DNA of 64,000 bases, taken from contig OX597833.1 in assembly GCA_951406725.2 (NCBI GenBank), positions 65,348,001-65,412,000 on the forward strand, read 5' to 3'. A program made the translations under genes and the position numbers. This document shows, one piece after another, positions 14,612 to 26,914 of this stretch (positions are counted from its first letter, which is position 1; each line of letters opens with the position of its first letter). The notes under the pieces were generated by a model. The model searched no databases. It was not told the DNA's origin and worked only from the letters and a program-made list of their open reading frames with translations. This DNA is from Octopus vulgaris (taxonomy: Eukaryota).

Positions 14612-15336
14612 ACACTTTATAACAATGGCAGGAGGACGTAAAATGTCAGGTATAACAACTTCCATTATTTTACACAACTATTGACGTGCTGCTTGTGAAG
14701 TTAGGCAGCCGATAACAGCATTTGCATTTAACTCGTCTTTTATCGTCTGCTTTTAGTCGCCATTTTTGTTTGGACCGCTGTACACATTTGTGCATTCTTT
14801 GATAAGATCTTTACCAAGAATAGTAAAGCCGAGAGAATCTTAACTCATCGTGTTGATGGTTATAGAGCAAATACCTCCATATTAATAAATAGGGAGAAAC
14901 AATAATTAATATTTATATTTATATATTTAACGATTTATCAAGAACATAAATATATCACAACTAAAAGCCTAAATTTAAGGCAAGAGAAATAAAACACAAG
15001 AAAATCTTAGCAAATATTAAAATTTCGGATTGTGAGCAACTTGTTTCAGAAATTAATTAGTTATTCCCAATTTTCTATCAGATCTCTAATACATGTGTTG
15101 ATGTCCATATTTCTCCCTTGATAGTTTTTCACAATTTCTGAAATGTTTGGATCAGTTGCGATTAATATATGCTACCAAGCGGAATTTAATCCCTTTCTAT
15201 ATGCGTTCATCTTTAATTGTTTTTAATTCTCCTGAAATATAGGAAATACAACCCGTCCTTTAGTTATGTTATATATAAGAGAAATCCAGCAGAGGTTCGA
15301 TTTCTATGCATGACTTCAGAAATATTTGTAAACATA

Positions 15337-15494
15337 GGCGCAGGTGTGGCTGTGTGGTAAGATGCTTGCTTTCCTACCACATGTTTCCGGTTTCTGTCCC
15401 ACTGCGTGCCACTATGTTCTGTCTGCTACTCTAGCCTCGGACCGACCAAAGCCTTGTGAGTGGATTTGGTAGACGAAAACTGAAACAAGCCCGT

Positions 15495-15539
<45 letters not shown>

Positions 15540-15700
15540 CACTGCACATTCGCTTGACAACCGATGTTGGTGTGTTTACGTCCCCGTAACTTAGCGGTTC
15601 GGCAAAAGTCACCGATGCAATAAGTCCTGGGTTGGATTTGTTCGACTAAAGCCGGTGCTCCAACATGGTTGCAGTCAAATGACTACAAGAACTAAAAGTA
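15337..15700 (+). mobile_element. SINE-B, full length (tRNA-like head, internal TA/TG microsatellite)
   Basis: Head ggcgcaggtgtggctgtgtggtaag has A-box-like and B-box-like motifs. Matches 24135, 37444 and 42937. Confidence 0.9.
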
Positions 15701-16039
15701 ATATATACAGATATATGTACACACATATTTAAGTTTGTTTTGTATGTGATATTATATATATGATATGATATGATATTATATATGATAAATAATAACATTA
15801 CATTCAAGGATTAGTCAATACCCATTCGTAGAGTACAACTGTATTAATTTTTACACGGAATAGACTGATAGTGATTTCGAAGTTTCAGCTTCGAAGCCGT
15901 CATCAGATTGTACGCTAATAGTTAGTAAGTGGACACTTCGAAGTTACCGTTAAACCTGTTATACTTAATGTATCTGCGTGTGTATGCTTGTGCGTCGCGC
16001 ACGGACGCGTGTATATATATATTTGTGCGTGTATAAGTA

Positions 16040-16439
16040 TACAGATGATGTAGACCTCCGTGTTGAGTCTGTGGCCATGTGGGACGATGAATGGAGGCAT
16101 AATGTCGCCATCACTAGTGTTCACTCCAAACACCATGATGTTAACATGATGTTTGATTTTCATCACCCTCGGAACATGTCCTTAGATTGCACTGTCCTCA
16201 GATTCATACCCAAACTCTCTGAAATGTTAGTATTGGAGCTTCCGACGCGAATACCAAGCACTTTACAGCATGTCGTTTCCAAATGTCTTGCAGAATGATT
16301 TGTTTCATGGTACTATTTTTCTCATAGAGGGGACACAACTGATGCTGCTATTGTGTGTAGTCGACAAAATCAAAAACAAGCAATGCCCATACGCGAAATT
16401 GAAAACATAAAATGGTGACCATTTACCCATCGCACGCTG
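16040..16439 (-). mobile_element. Tc1/mariner-superfamily (DD37D/maT-like) transposon, internally deleted
   Basis: Minus strand gives N-terminal MKQIILQDIWKRHAV..ISESLGMNLRTVQ joined to PRVMKIKHHVNIMVFGVNTSDGDIMPPFIVPHGHRLNTEVYI. TIR-like end CAGCGTGCGATGGGTAAATGGTCACC. Confidence 0.8.
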
Positions 16440-16454
16440 CGAGTGTGTGTATGA

Positions 16455-16557
<103 letters not shown>

Positions 16558-16579
16558 ATGTATGTATATATATATACGA

Positions 16580-16780
16580 CGCCATGATAGATCTTTAGCC
16601 ACTACATATTTTTTTTTCTTTTCTTGTTTCTCTCCTTGTTTTTTCTGTGTTCCTTTCTGTAGAAGTGCGTAGGCTCGAAACGTAAAAGACTTTTTCTATT
16701 CCTGAGCGTTATACTAATACATCTGTTTATTTTCTACACCACCTGTCTTCGTCTTTTGTTGTTTTTTTTTCGTATACTCT
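16580..16780 (+). mobile_element. Repeat family E (Penelope-like terminal fragment with hammerhead-like core)
   Basis: Four copies in the window. ctttCTGTAGAagtgcgtaggctcGAAAcgTAaaag at 16653-16688. Confidence 0.7.
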
Positions 16781-16787
16781 CTCTCTT

Positions 16788-16842
<55 letters not shown>

Positions 16843-16865
16843 ATATATAGATATATATATATATA

Positions 16866-17162
16866 CCAGCAGTATCGCCCGGCGTTGCTCAGGTTTGTAA
16901 GGGAAATAACTATATAAGCATTTTAGAGAGTTACTTCCCTTATATAATAGCAAAAAAATGCATTAAAAATGGGAAAAAAATAATGGTAATTTTTTTTAAA
17001 TCGTAGACTCATCATAGACGCGCGCTAATACCCAGAAGGGCTTGATATGAATCACAACTATAAGATACCCGGTTTTGGTTAAACTGCACCGCAAAATGTG
17101 GGAGTAGTTAGGAATCTAAATCGTAGGAGACAGACACACAACTTCACTTTTATATATAAAAA
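16866..17162 (-). mobile_element. Non-autonomous Helitron, short (about 300 bp) variant
   Basis: 3' CTGG (CTRR) end with subterminal hairpin. Homologous to the 35976 copy but lacks the GC-rich middle. Confidence 0.85.
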
Positions 17163-17984
17163 TATACAGCGAGTGTTCGTATCTTCCGGTTACCAAAGTT
17201 TAATTCCTATCGTTCGTTCCCTCACTGAATCTAAAGAGACTTCCTCAGTGTGTTACACGGTTTGAATCCCACGCAGAAACACGTGTTTCCAAAGTCACAC
17301 TGTCTAACCACTCAACCACAGAACTAAGTATTCCGAAAACTACTACTAGACCAGGTGAATGGTTGCGAACTGAATAAATACACTTTTATCGAGAGATGAA
17401 ACGAAGTCTTTATGTTCATAATCTGTTTGAGTTGACGCTGTCAAGAGATTTAATTTGATTAATAGAATATTATCAAAGACATTTATGTAAAGAGATCTGA
17501 ACAGGAAGTCATAAACCCGACAATAAGCTAGTCTCATATCACACATAAATGTTACAGTGAAGTACCTTCAACGTGGTTATCTAATGTGTTAGAAATAGCA
17601 GCCAGATATCTGTATTATCACATTGCTTTATTGTCTTTCCGTTTAGTTCTGTGCAGTGAATATAGGTAGGCTGTCTTTGAATGGGTTCGAAAGATTCCAT
17701 GTACGATTTTCTTTGAGGAGCGGGGACTGTCCCTGCTCTCACTTGTTCTACATTTTGGGGCAAAGGGACTTTTTTAAGTGCTGCCCTATGACTCTTCTCG
17801 TGGTGAAATTTACCCAATTACACAAGGTAGATAAAAAAAAAAAAGAGGTAGCTCGGGTGTTTAAATTTCGCATGATGTGGGCGAAATTATTAGTTTTTCA
17901 ATATTTACTTTCTCGTGGTTTTATATTTCATTCAATTTATTAAAACACAAATAAAAAAATTGTGATTTATAATACATTCAATTT

Positions 17985-18172
17985 TCGGCACAAGGCCAGA
18001 AATGTGAGGTAATAAGTAAGTCCTGGCTTCAACTGGGGCTTATTTCATCGACCCCGAAAGGATTACAGGCAATATCGACCTCGTGGGAATTTGAACTCAG
18101 AACCTAAAGAGGAACGAAATGCCTCTAAACATTCTGCCCGGTGTGCTAACGGGTCTACCTGCTCGCCGCCTT
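17985..18172 (-). mobile_element. SINE-A
   Basis: Head-to-tail homology with other copies. Confidence 0.85.
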
Positions 18173-18189
18173 ATCCTTGATCTGTATTC

Positions 18190-18572
18190 TTTTCTACGCC
18201 AAGCACAAGGCCCGAAATTTTGGAGGAGGGTGTCAGTCGATTAGATCAACCCCACTACGCAACTGGTACTTAATTTATCGACTCCGAAAGGACAAAAGGT
18301 AAAGTCGACCTGGGCAGAATTTGAACTGAGAACGTAGTGACAGACGAAATACCTATTTCATTACTGCCACAAGGGGCTAATCACAGAGGGGACAAGCAAG
18401 GACAGACAAAGGGATTACATCGACCCCAGTGCGTAACTGGTACTTATTTAATCGACCCCGAAAGGATAAAAGGCAAACTCGACCTCGGCGGAATTTGAAC
18501 TCAGAACGTAACGGCAGACGAAATACCGCTAATCATTTCGCCCAGCTAAAGTTTCTGCCAGCTTGCTGCTTT
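18190..18572 (-). mobile_element. SINE-A dimer (tail-1 unit plus tail-2 unit, single head)
   Basis: Junction gaaata|ggtatttcgtctg at 18354/18353. Flanked by the imperfect direct repeat cttatcc.tgatct.tatt. Confidence 0.85.
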
Positions 18573-18706
18573 CTTATCCATGATCTATATTAAAGCTCTT
18601 GGGATTTGATGCAAAACTAAGCTAAGGGAGCAGATGTGTTTATACCCAGCCCCCCAAAAAAACAAAGACATATAAATTCCTTTTTATTATTTATTCGAAT
18701 TTTGAA

Positions 18707-19125
18707 GGCGGTGAGTGGGTAAAATTTGTTGTATTTCGACCATCGCCACGTTCTGAGTGCAAATTCCGCCGAGGTCAACATTGCCTTCCATCTTTTCAGG
18801 GTCGGTAATTTAAGTACCAGTGAAACACTGGGGTTGATGTAATCGACTTGCCCCCTCCCCAAAATCTCAGACCTTGTGCCATTAGAAGAAATGATTATTT
18901 ATTCGAATTCTGAAGGTGGTGAGTTGGAAGAATATTTAGCGCCCCGGGAGAAAGGGTTAGCGGTATTTCGCCCGTCGCCACGCTCTGAGTTCAAATTCCG
19001 CCGAGGTCGATCTTGCGTTTCATCATTACGGGTTCAATAAAATAAGTACCAGTTACATATTGGGGTCGGTGTAATTGACTTAATCCCCTCCCCCCGAACT
19101 CCCTTTGTGACAAAAATTTGAAATC
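18707..19125 (+). mobile_element. Two tandem full SINE-A copies
   Basis: Heads at about 18707 and 18915. The motif attattt(t)attcgaatt.tgaa occurs three times (before, between and after). Confidence 0.85.
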
Positions 19126-19264
19126 ATTATTTATTCGAATTATGAAATCCAGCAACCAGAATCGTAGCGCTCCAGACATGCATGTATAGGCACACACACA
19201 CACACACCCTGATCCACACACATGCGCAGAAGCAAAGAAAAGCGAACGCGGTGTAAATAACGGA

Positions 19265-19398
19265 CAGAGTCAAGACTATTGAAAAGGTTGCAAGACGCAA
19301 CGAACATTTTAGGAAAATAAAAAATAAGAAATAAGTGGAAATTTTACCGGTGAATTATAAGGCACAAAAAGAAAAGGACTCTCCCCAGACACAACAGT
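19265..19398. repeat. Repeat family F (unclassified)
   Basis: Homologous to 33355-33467 and, inverted, to 61790-61925. Confidence 0.75.
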
Positions 19399-19435
19399 AT
19401 ATATATGTGTGTGTATGTGTGTCTGTGTGTGTGAG

Positions 19436-19466
<31 letters not shown>

Positions 19467-19467
19467 T

Positions 19468-19500
<33 letters not shown>

Positions 19501-20239
19501 GTATGTATATGAATATATGTATATACTAATATACTATGGGCTTCTTTCAGTTTCTGTGAACCAGTTCCACACACGAAGCAATGGTCAGCGGCACAGCTAT
19601 AGCAGAAGACACTTGCCTAATTTGCGGCGCTTCTCAACCACAAAGCCACACCTTGCAAATCAAAATACACTGCAAAATTTTATCAGACACATAACCTCTT
19701 TGTCAATTCTCCTGCTTATCATAGAAAATATTACAGTCACATAACAACATGGGAAAGCCATGGTCTGAACTTAGCTATGCAAACGTTCTTTACACAGCGT
19801 ACCTTCCAAAAGCGCCCGAATTTCTTTTGAAGTTGTTTTATCTTACGTTAATATTTTATTTTGTATACTCACTTTTTGGTAATGTCACCGTAAAATGCTT
19901 TGGAATTTGATTCAAATTATTATTATCATTTCCCTTTTCAATATTTTCCTGGTCGTTTTTGCTGCGCTATAAATTTCCACCTCCATATTATCCCTTCATT
20001 GAGCAGTGATGTCTTTCGGGATCGAAATAATGTTTGTGAGTTACGTTTGTCTTGTTTTATTACACAGCTATTTTTGTTTTGTTTTGTTTTGTTTTTGTTC
20101 TTTCTGTCTGCTGTTACATCAACATTCGTGTGTTTGTTGTACAGAATACATTCGCTTTATGTGTCGTGTCATTTTACCAGATGCAGTCTGTGTTTACTAA
20201 GTTTTGTGTCAATTATGCGGGTATCAAACATCACGTGAG

Positions 20240-20350
20240 TGAAGGCGTATAGCCTAGCGGAGAGGGTATTCGGCTCAGCTCCACGAGGTAGTGTCTTCGA
20301 TTCTTGGCAGCGCGTTGAGTCATTGAGTAAGACAATTTATTTTCGCGTTA
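20240..20350 (+). mobile_element. tRNA-derived SINE head (family D)
   Basis: ggcgtatagcctagcgg...ttcgattc...ttgagtaagacaatttatttt matches 32158-32291 and about 13075-13175. Confidence 0.65.
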
Positions 20351-20351
20351 A

Positions 20352-21268
20352 TGCGGCAAGCTGGCAGAATCGTCAGCACGCCGGGAGAAATGCTTAGCGG
20401 TATTTCGTCTGCCGTTACGTTCTGAATTCAAATTCTGTCACGGTCGACTTTGCCTTTCATCCTTTCGTGGTCGATTAAATAAGTACCAGTTCCGACTTAA
20501 TCCGTTTGTCTGTCCTTGTTTGTCCTCTCTGTGTTTAGCCCCTTGTGGGTAATAAAGAAATAGGTATTTCGTCTACCGTTACGTTCTGAGTTCAGATTCT
20601 GCCGAGTCGACTTTGCCTTTCATCCTTTCGGGGCCGATTACGCACTGGGGTCGATATAATCGACTTAATCCGTGTGTATGTCCTTGTTTGTCCTCTCTGT
20701 GTTTAGCCCCTTGTGGGTAGTAACGAAATACGTATTTCGTCTGCCGTTACGTTCTAATTTCAAATTCCGCCGAGGCCGACTTTGCCTTTCATTCTTTCGG
20801 GGTCCATAAATACGTACCTGTTACACACTGGGGTCGATATAATCGACTTAATCCATTTGTCCTTGTTTGTCCCCTCTATGTTTAAGCCCCTTGTGGGTAG
20901 TAAAGAAATAGGTATTTAGTCTGCTGTTACGTTCTGAGTTCAAATTCCGCCGAAGTCGACATTTGCCTTTCATCCTTTCGGGGTCGATTAAATAAGTACC
21001 AGTTACGCAATGAGGTCGATATAATCGACTTAATCCGTGTGTCTGTCCTTGTTTGTCTTCTCTGTGTTTAGCCCCTTGTGGGTAGCAAAAAATAGGTATT
21101 TCATCTGCCTTTACGTTCTAAGATCAAATTCTGCTCAGGTCGACTTTGCCTTTTGTCCTTTCGGGGTCGATGAATTTAGTACCACTTACGTACTGGGGTT
21201 GATCTAATCGACTGCCCCCCCACCCCACCCCCAAAAATGTCAGGCTTTGTGCCTAAAGTAGAAAACAT
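20352..21268 (+). mobile_element. SINE-A pentamer: one head plus five 165-185 bp units
   Basis: Units start at GGTATTT near 20399, 20563, 20731, 20911 and 21095. The first four end in tail-1 and the last in tail-2. Confidence 0.9.
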
Positions 21269-21368
21269 CATTTTCTAATTTTTTAAATCCATTTGAATAG
21301 TTAAGTCTCACAAAATCTTACATTTCTCCGACTCCAGCACTCCTTCGACTCTATCATATTATTATTAT

Positions 21369-21406
<38 letters not shown>

Positions 21407-21424
21407 CTATTATTACTATTACGT

Positions 21425-21628
21425 TGGTGAGCTGGCAGAATCCGGTGAACACCGGGCGAAATGCTTAGCGGTACTTCGCCTGTCGCTCGTTCTAAGATCA
21501 AATTCTGCCGACGTGGATTTTGTCTTTCATCTTTGGTGTCGATAAATTAAGTACCAGTGAAACACTGGGGTCCATTTAATCGACTTATCTCCTCCACCAA
21601 AATCCCTTGTGGCAAAATTTTAAAACAT
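21425..21628 (+). mobile_element. SINE-A
   Basis: Head ggtgagctggcagaatc, core and tail-2, embedded in (TAG)/(TAT) repeats. Confidence 0.85.
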
Positions 21629-21698
21629 CATTATTATAATCATCATCGTTATTATTATTATTATTATCATTATTATTATTATTATTATTATAATTATT

Positions 21699-21736
<38 letters not shown>

Positions 21737-22127
21737 AATTATTACTATAATAATAATAACAATTATTATTATTTTTTTATTATGTTTGTTCTCTTTTTTT
21801 TTCTTTTCTTCTTCGTTACTGTTGTTCGTTCTAGAATTAATGTTGTGTTCAATATTAGATTATACCAATCAGACTACCAGATCGCTGATAAAACAAATAT
21901 CATACCAATGTCTGCTTGATTGGGGAATTTATGTAATTCACATTTAATTAAAACTGAAAGCAATTCCACCAAAAATCAATACAGACTGGTTTCCTTTTGT
22001 TTTTGTCTCTGACGATAAATGACAGCAACACAGTCGAATGTTCTCAGCTTCTCTTCTTAATCTCTTGTTTCCCATTTTCGTCTCTAGATCAACGAAAACA
22101 TTATCGTTAAGTGTACATACGTTTAGT

Positions 22128-22345
22128 CGTTTATCGTTTGCTTCTATCAGTCATTAGACTGCGGCCATGCTGGGGCGGCATCGTCTTGAAGAATTTTAGT
22201 CGAAAGAAATCGACTCTGGTAATTATTTTGTCTTTAAGCTTGATATATTTACTCTGATGCAATTTTGCCAGACCTCTAAGTTACTGGGAGGTAACACACA
22301 CACACACACGTATGTATATATGTATGTATGAATGTATGTATAGAC

Positions 22346-22425
<80 letters not shown>

Positions 22426-22485
22426 GATAGATAGATAGATAGATAGATAGTCAGATAGATAGACAGATAGACAGATAGAAAGATG

Positions 22486-22542
<57 letters not shown>

Positions 22543-22835
22543 GTAGGGTAGGTAGGTAGGTAGGTAGGTAGGTAGGTATTTAGGTAGGTAGGTAGGTAGG
22601 TAGGTAGGTAGGTAGGTAGGTAGGTAGGTAGGTAGGTAGGTAGGTAGGTAGGTAGGTAGGTAGGTAGGTAGGTAGGTAGGTAGGTAAATATACACACACA
22701 TATAGGATTCTTTCAGTGTCCGTCTAACATACCCAGTCACAAGGATTTGGTCGGCCACAATATACAGCAGAAGACACTGATGCAAGTTGCCACGCAGTGG
22801 CGCTTAACCCCCAAACATGTGGCAACCATGAAGCA
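22128..22835 (-). mobile_element. SINE-B, diverged, with internal microsatellite expanded to about 400 bp
   Basis: 5' part (about 22702-22835) and 3' part (about 22128-22295) are separated by (GATA)n(GGTA)n. Confidence 0.75.
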
Positions 22836-22888
22836 AGTGATATATAAATATAAATATATGTATATATATATTTGTATATATATATATT

Positions 22889-22944
<56 letters not shown>

Positions 22945-23359
22945 CAGATATCTAGAAAACGAATAATAGAAAACAAGTGATTTGAGACGGAGTCTTGTAA
23001 CGGGCCAGTAAGTCTGCAAGAAACCGCAGTCAAATCTGCAACCAAAGATCAAGCCTGTACCTTGTCGATCAGCATAGTCGCCATAGAAGGCAAATCTACT
23101 TCATTTCACACGACTTTGATTTCAGAATGAAAGGAAATGTGAAAATACTTAGGTTACTAAACTGATGAATACATAAAACTTTATTCTATTAAACACATGA
23201 AGAGGATCATGGTCAGCTAACCAACCACTTTCCCGATAGCGTCTGTGCAATCTAGGTTTCATTTTGGCTTTAATGAACAGAATGCATTCCTACTTTCTCG
23301 TAATTGATAGATGGTAAAATTATATAGGGTTATGCAGATCTAGATACACAAGGTGTGAG

Positions 23360-23640
23360 CCTTATGTAGGCCTGTTGTTTAGTGTTTGGGGATATTCGGT
23401 TCCTGATCGTAAGGCAGTGAGTTGGATTCTCCAGTTCGTTCAGCTGGAAAAAAATGAGTTGTACCTGTATTTCAAATGGCGAGTTTTTTCACATTCTTTG
23501 TCACACTTACGTACTGTTCCTGAGAACTACGTTGAGGATATGCTTGCCTATGGAGTGGTCCGTCACTTGCCAGTTAGTTTCACGAGCGGGCTATTCTGTT
23601 TATCGGATCTACTGGAACATTTGTAGCCATAACATAGGGA
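23360..23640 (+). mobile_element. SINE-C, diverged
   Basis: gtacctgtatttcaaa...gagaactacgttgagg...tttcacgagcgggct aligns with 59557-59943. Confidence 0.75.
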
Positions 23641-23735
23641 GTGGCAGCTTATTTAGGTTTGAACCTTCGAAGTGAAGACAAGACACCGAAGATCACAGAA
23701 ATCCGCCACTAATAGTTGTAGTTTAACAACAATAT

Positions 23736-24085
23736 GTATAGAATAAAAAGCTTTGAATAGTATAACAATGCACTATAATGGACTATATACCTATATATAA
23801 CAGGGATATAGTCCAAACAATGGGCCATATACCTGTTCTAATTTAGTCATCCATAGTCTGATGATATTTCGGAATAAAATTCCTTCTTCAGATATTCTTT
23901 GATGGAGTCGTTACTATAATCGGTTTTCCAACGGCTTTACTTTTACTCCATCTAAGAATAGCTGAAGCAGGAATTTTATTTCGAAATATTATCAGACTAT
24001 GGCTGACTAAATTAGAACAGGTGTATAACCCATTGTCTGTATTATAGTGCATTGTTGTACCATTCAAGATTTTTTTATTCTTTAC
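23736..24085. mobile_element. Foldback/MITE-like element with imperfect arms of about 140 bp
   Basis: acaatggg..atatacctgttctaatttagtca.ccatagtctgat..tatttcg.aataaaattcct.cttcag.tattctt.gatggagt has its reverse complement at about 23945-24085. Confidence 0.85.
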
Positions 24086-24134
24086 AAACAATATACAATG
24101 CTTCAAGCGAACTACAATACTCTCCTAACAATAT

Positions 24135-24536
24135 ACTCTTTACTCTCTTTTTTACTTGTTTCAGTCATTTGACTGTGGCCATGTTGGAGCACCGCCTTTA
24201 GTCGAGCAAATCGAACCCAGACCTTATTCTTTTGGTATCTTTTTGCCGAACTACTAAGTGATGGGGAGGTAAACACACCGGTTGTCAAGCGATGTTGGGG
24301 AGACAAACACCGACACACAAACATATACACACACATACATATATATATATACACACATATATTTACATATATACGACGGGCTTCTTTCAGTTTCCGTCTA
24401 CCAAATCCACTCACAAGGCTTTGGTCAGCTCGAGACTATAGTAGAAGACACTTGCCCAAGGTGCCACGCAGTGGGACTCAACCGGGAACCATGTGGTTGG
24501 GAAGCAAGCTTCTTACCACACAGCCACTCCTGCGCC
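24135..24536 (-). mobile_element. SINE-B, full length
   Basis: Reverse complement of the family consensus, well preserved. Confidence 0.9.
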
Positions 24537-25141
24537 TATATATATCATTGGAGAGAATTCCTCGAGCTATCCGTCCTTCCTTCGCCAAGTTCCTCAGCAC
24601 ACAGTAGACATGCTGTAGAGGAGTTCAAACTCACCCGCATCTCTCCAATATAGCGGCTTAAACAAAGGAAATATTGGGGTATTGCATTTCAGGTACACAG
24701 AGACCTGATGATGGAATATGATTTGAAGTGTTTCAGCAACAACAACAACAGTACTTCGTTACCTTCAAACATTTCTTCGAAACCGAAAGTCTTTGATAGG
24801 AATCTAACGTTTATCCGCCTGTAATTGGAATGGATGCGGCAAATACATCCAATAGTTTACAAAATATTACGTTATAACAGGAATTTTTGCATTTAATTAA
24901 AAATTAAATTCGAAAATAAAATGAGAAACTCTCTTACAAGAACGCTAAACTTGAAGAACATGAATACAGAAAATCTAGCAACCACATATGCCAACATATA
25001 TATACATATATATATATAAATATGTAAATGTGTATATATATATTATTATATATGCATATATATATATGTATGTATATATATATACATACATACAAATACA
25101 CACGTAAATATGTATGTGTGTATTCGCCTATCTCTATATGC

Positions 25142-25207
<66 letters not shown>

Positions 25208-25987
25208 ATACAATTATTTCTGTGCATGTTTCTATGTATGTATATATATTACTATATTTTTCTTAATTTTCCTCTTAAAGCCGATTCTAATGAGCTCAGT
25301 TACTGCCAACTTTCTGAACAAGATTGTATCTACATTCTTAATTATTTTCTAATCTAACATCTCACCCAGTTTAATATCCGCAGTTGTGCAGGTTAGTCAA
25401 AACTATGAAAATAATTCTATTTCATACTTTTTATTTATTTATGTATTCATTTTATTTTACGTTTCGTTTTTTTCTCTTTTTCCTTGTTTTTATATTTCCC
25501 CGGTTTCCTTGCAAGTATGGTTCGCCATGTTGTTGGTTGGATTCTCAATAAATCATTAATTTTTAGATAAGATTCTTCTTTTACAGCCGTGACAAGGTTT
25601 CATCACACATCGTGGCAATTTTTTTTTTGTTTTTGTTAGTTTCCTTATAAATTCCTTCCATGGATTTTTATTATATTTTATTTCATTTCAGATTATTTTC
25701 AAATTCATTTTACTTTATTTTCTAATTTCAAACCGAATCTTATTGGTATAAATTAAATATATCGCTGTGAAATTCTTGCTCTGCGTTTTACGCATTGGCA
25801 TCGAAACGTAAATACATTTTGGCAATTCCTCTCAGCATTATTGGCTTATTACATAATAATTTACATATTCTTAATTATTTTCAGTTTTTCTTTATTTTGC
25901 AGGTTTCACTCATTGGACTGCGACCATGCTGGAGCACGTCTCTCAGGGCATTAATTGGATCATATTGAACTTGGTATTTTGTCCGGC

Positions 25988-26416
25988 AAGGCGGCGAGCT
26001 GGCAGAAACGTTAGCACGCTGGGCGAAATTCTTAGCAGTATTTCGTCTGCCGCGACGTTCTGAGTTCAAATTCCGCCAAGGTCGACTTTGCCTTTCATCC
26101 TTTCGGGGTCGATAAATTAAGTACCAGTTACGCACTGGCGTCGATGTAATCGACTTAAAAAAGTATTTCCGTCTGTCTGTCCTTGTTTGTCCTCTCTGTG
26201 TTTAGCCCTGTCTTGTGGGTAGTAAAGAAATAGGTATTTCGTCTGCCGTAACGTTCTGAGTTCAAATTCCGCCGAGGTCGACTTTGCCTTTCATCCTTTC
26301 GGGGTCGATATTTTAAGTACCAGTTACGCACTGGGGTCGATCTAATCGACTTAATCCGTTTATATGTCCTTGTTTGTCCTCTCTGTGTTTAGCCCCTTGT
26401 GGGTAGTAAAGAAATA
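25988..26416 (+). mobile_element. SINE-A dimer (two tail-1 units) with 15-bp TSD
   Basis: TSD ggtattttgtccggc (25973-25987) / ggtattttgtctggc (26417-26431). Internal junction aaagaaata|ggtatttcgtctg at 26232/26233. Confidence 0.9.
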
Positions 26417-26914
26417 GGTATTTTGTCTGGCTCCGATGTCTTTCCCTGTGCACGTAAGATAAATAATACAAAACGTTTATTCGGCGTCAACGGGTGATAA
26501 TATTTTCGCATACGGATATCTCTCGAATTTCCATTACAATATAACAATTTTCACCCCCTGCTAATATGAGCTCGTGCTTATACGGAACAGCATACACACA
26601 TCCAAACACTAATACGTGTACTGATCTGGTGAGCGTAAAACTCGCAGATATATCCAAATAACTGAATGTAATAAACAGCATTACCTCTGAGGAGAAAAGA
26701 GTTGTAATTGCTGTCCAGGTTGTAAGAAAACAATTATCGAGAACTCAATAAGGTTTGAAAATCAATCAAAATTTGTCCATCATTTTTCTTCAAACTACGT
26801 AGAAACAGTTAAAATTTGTTGCCTGAATTTATTCCTCTGCGTAGATTTAAATACATTATATCATACCCTGACCATACGTGGACAGAGATCCGCGTTAAAA
26901 GCCAGCTTATAATA

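Noticed and set aside
20352-21268. CRISPR-like or tRNA-gene array
   Set aside because: Units are whole SINE bodies with no unique spacers, the context is eukaryotic, and there is no complete cloverleaf.
24700-24740. cctgatgatggaatatgatttgaagtg as a hammerhead
   Set aside because: No GAAA box and no stem II.
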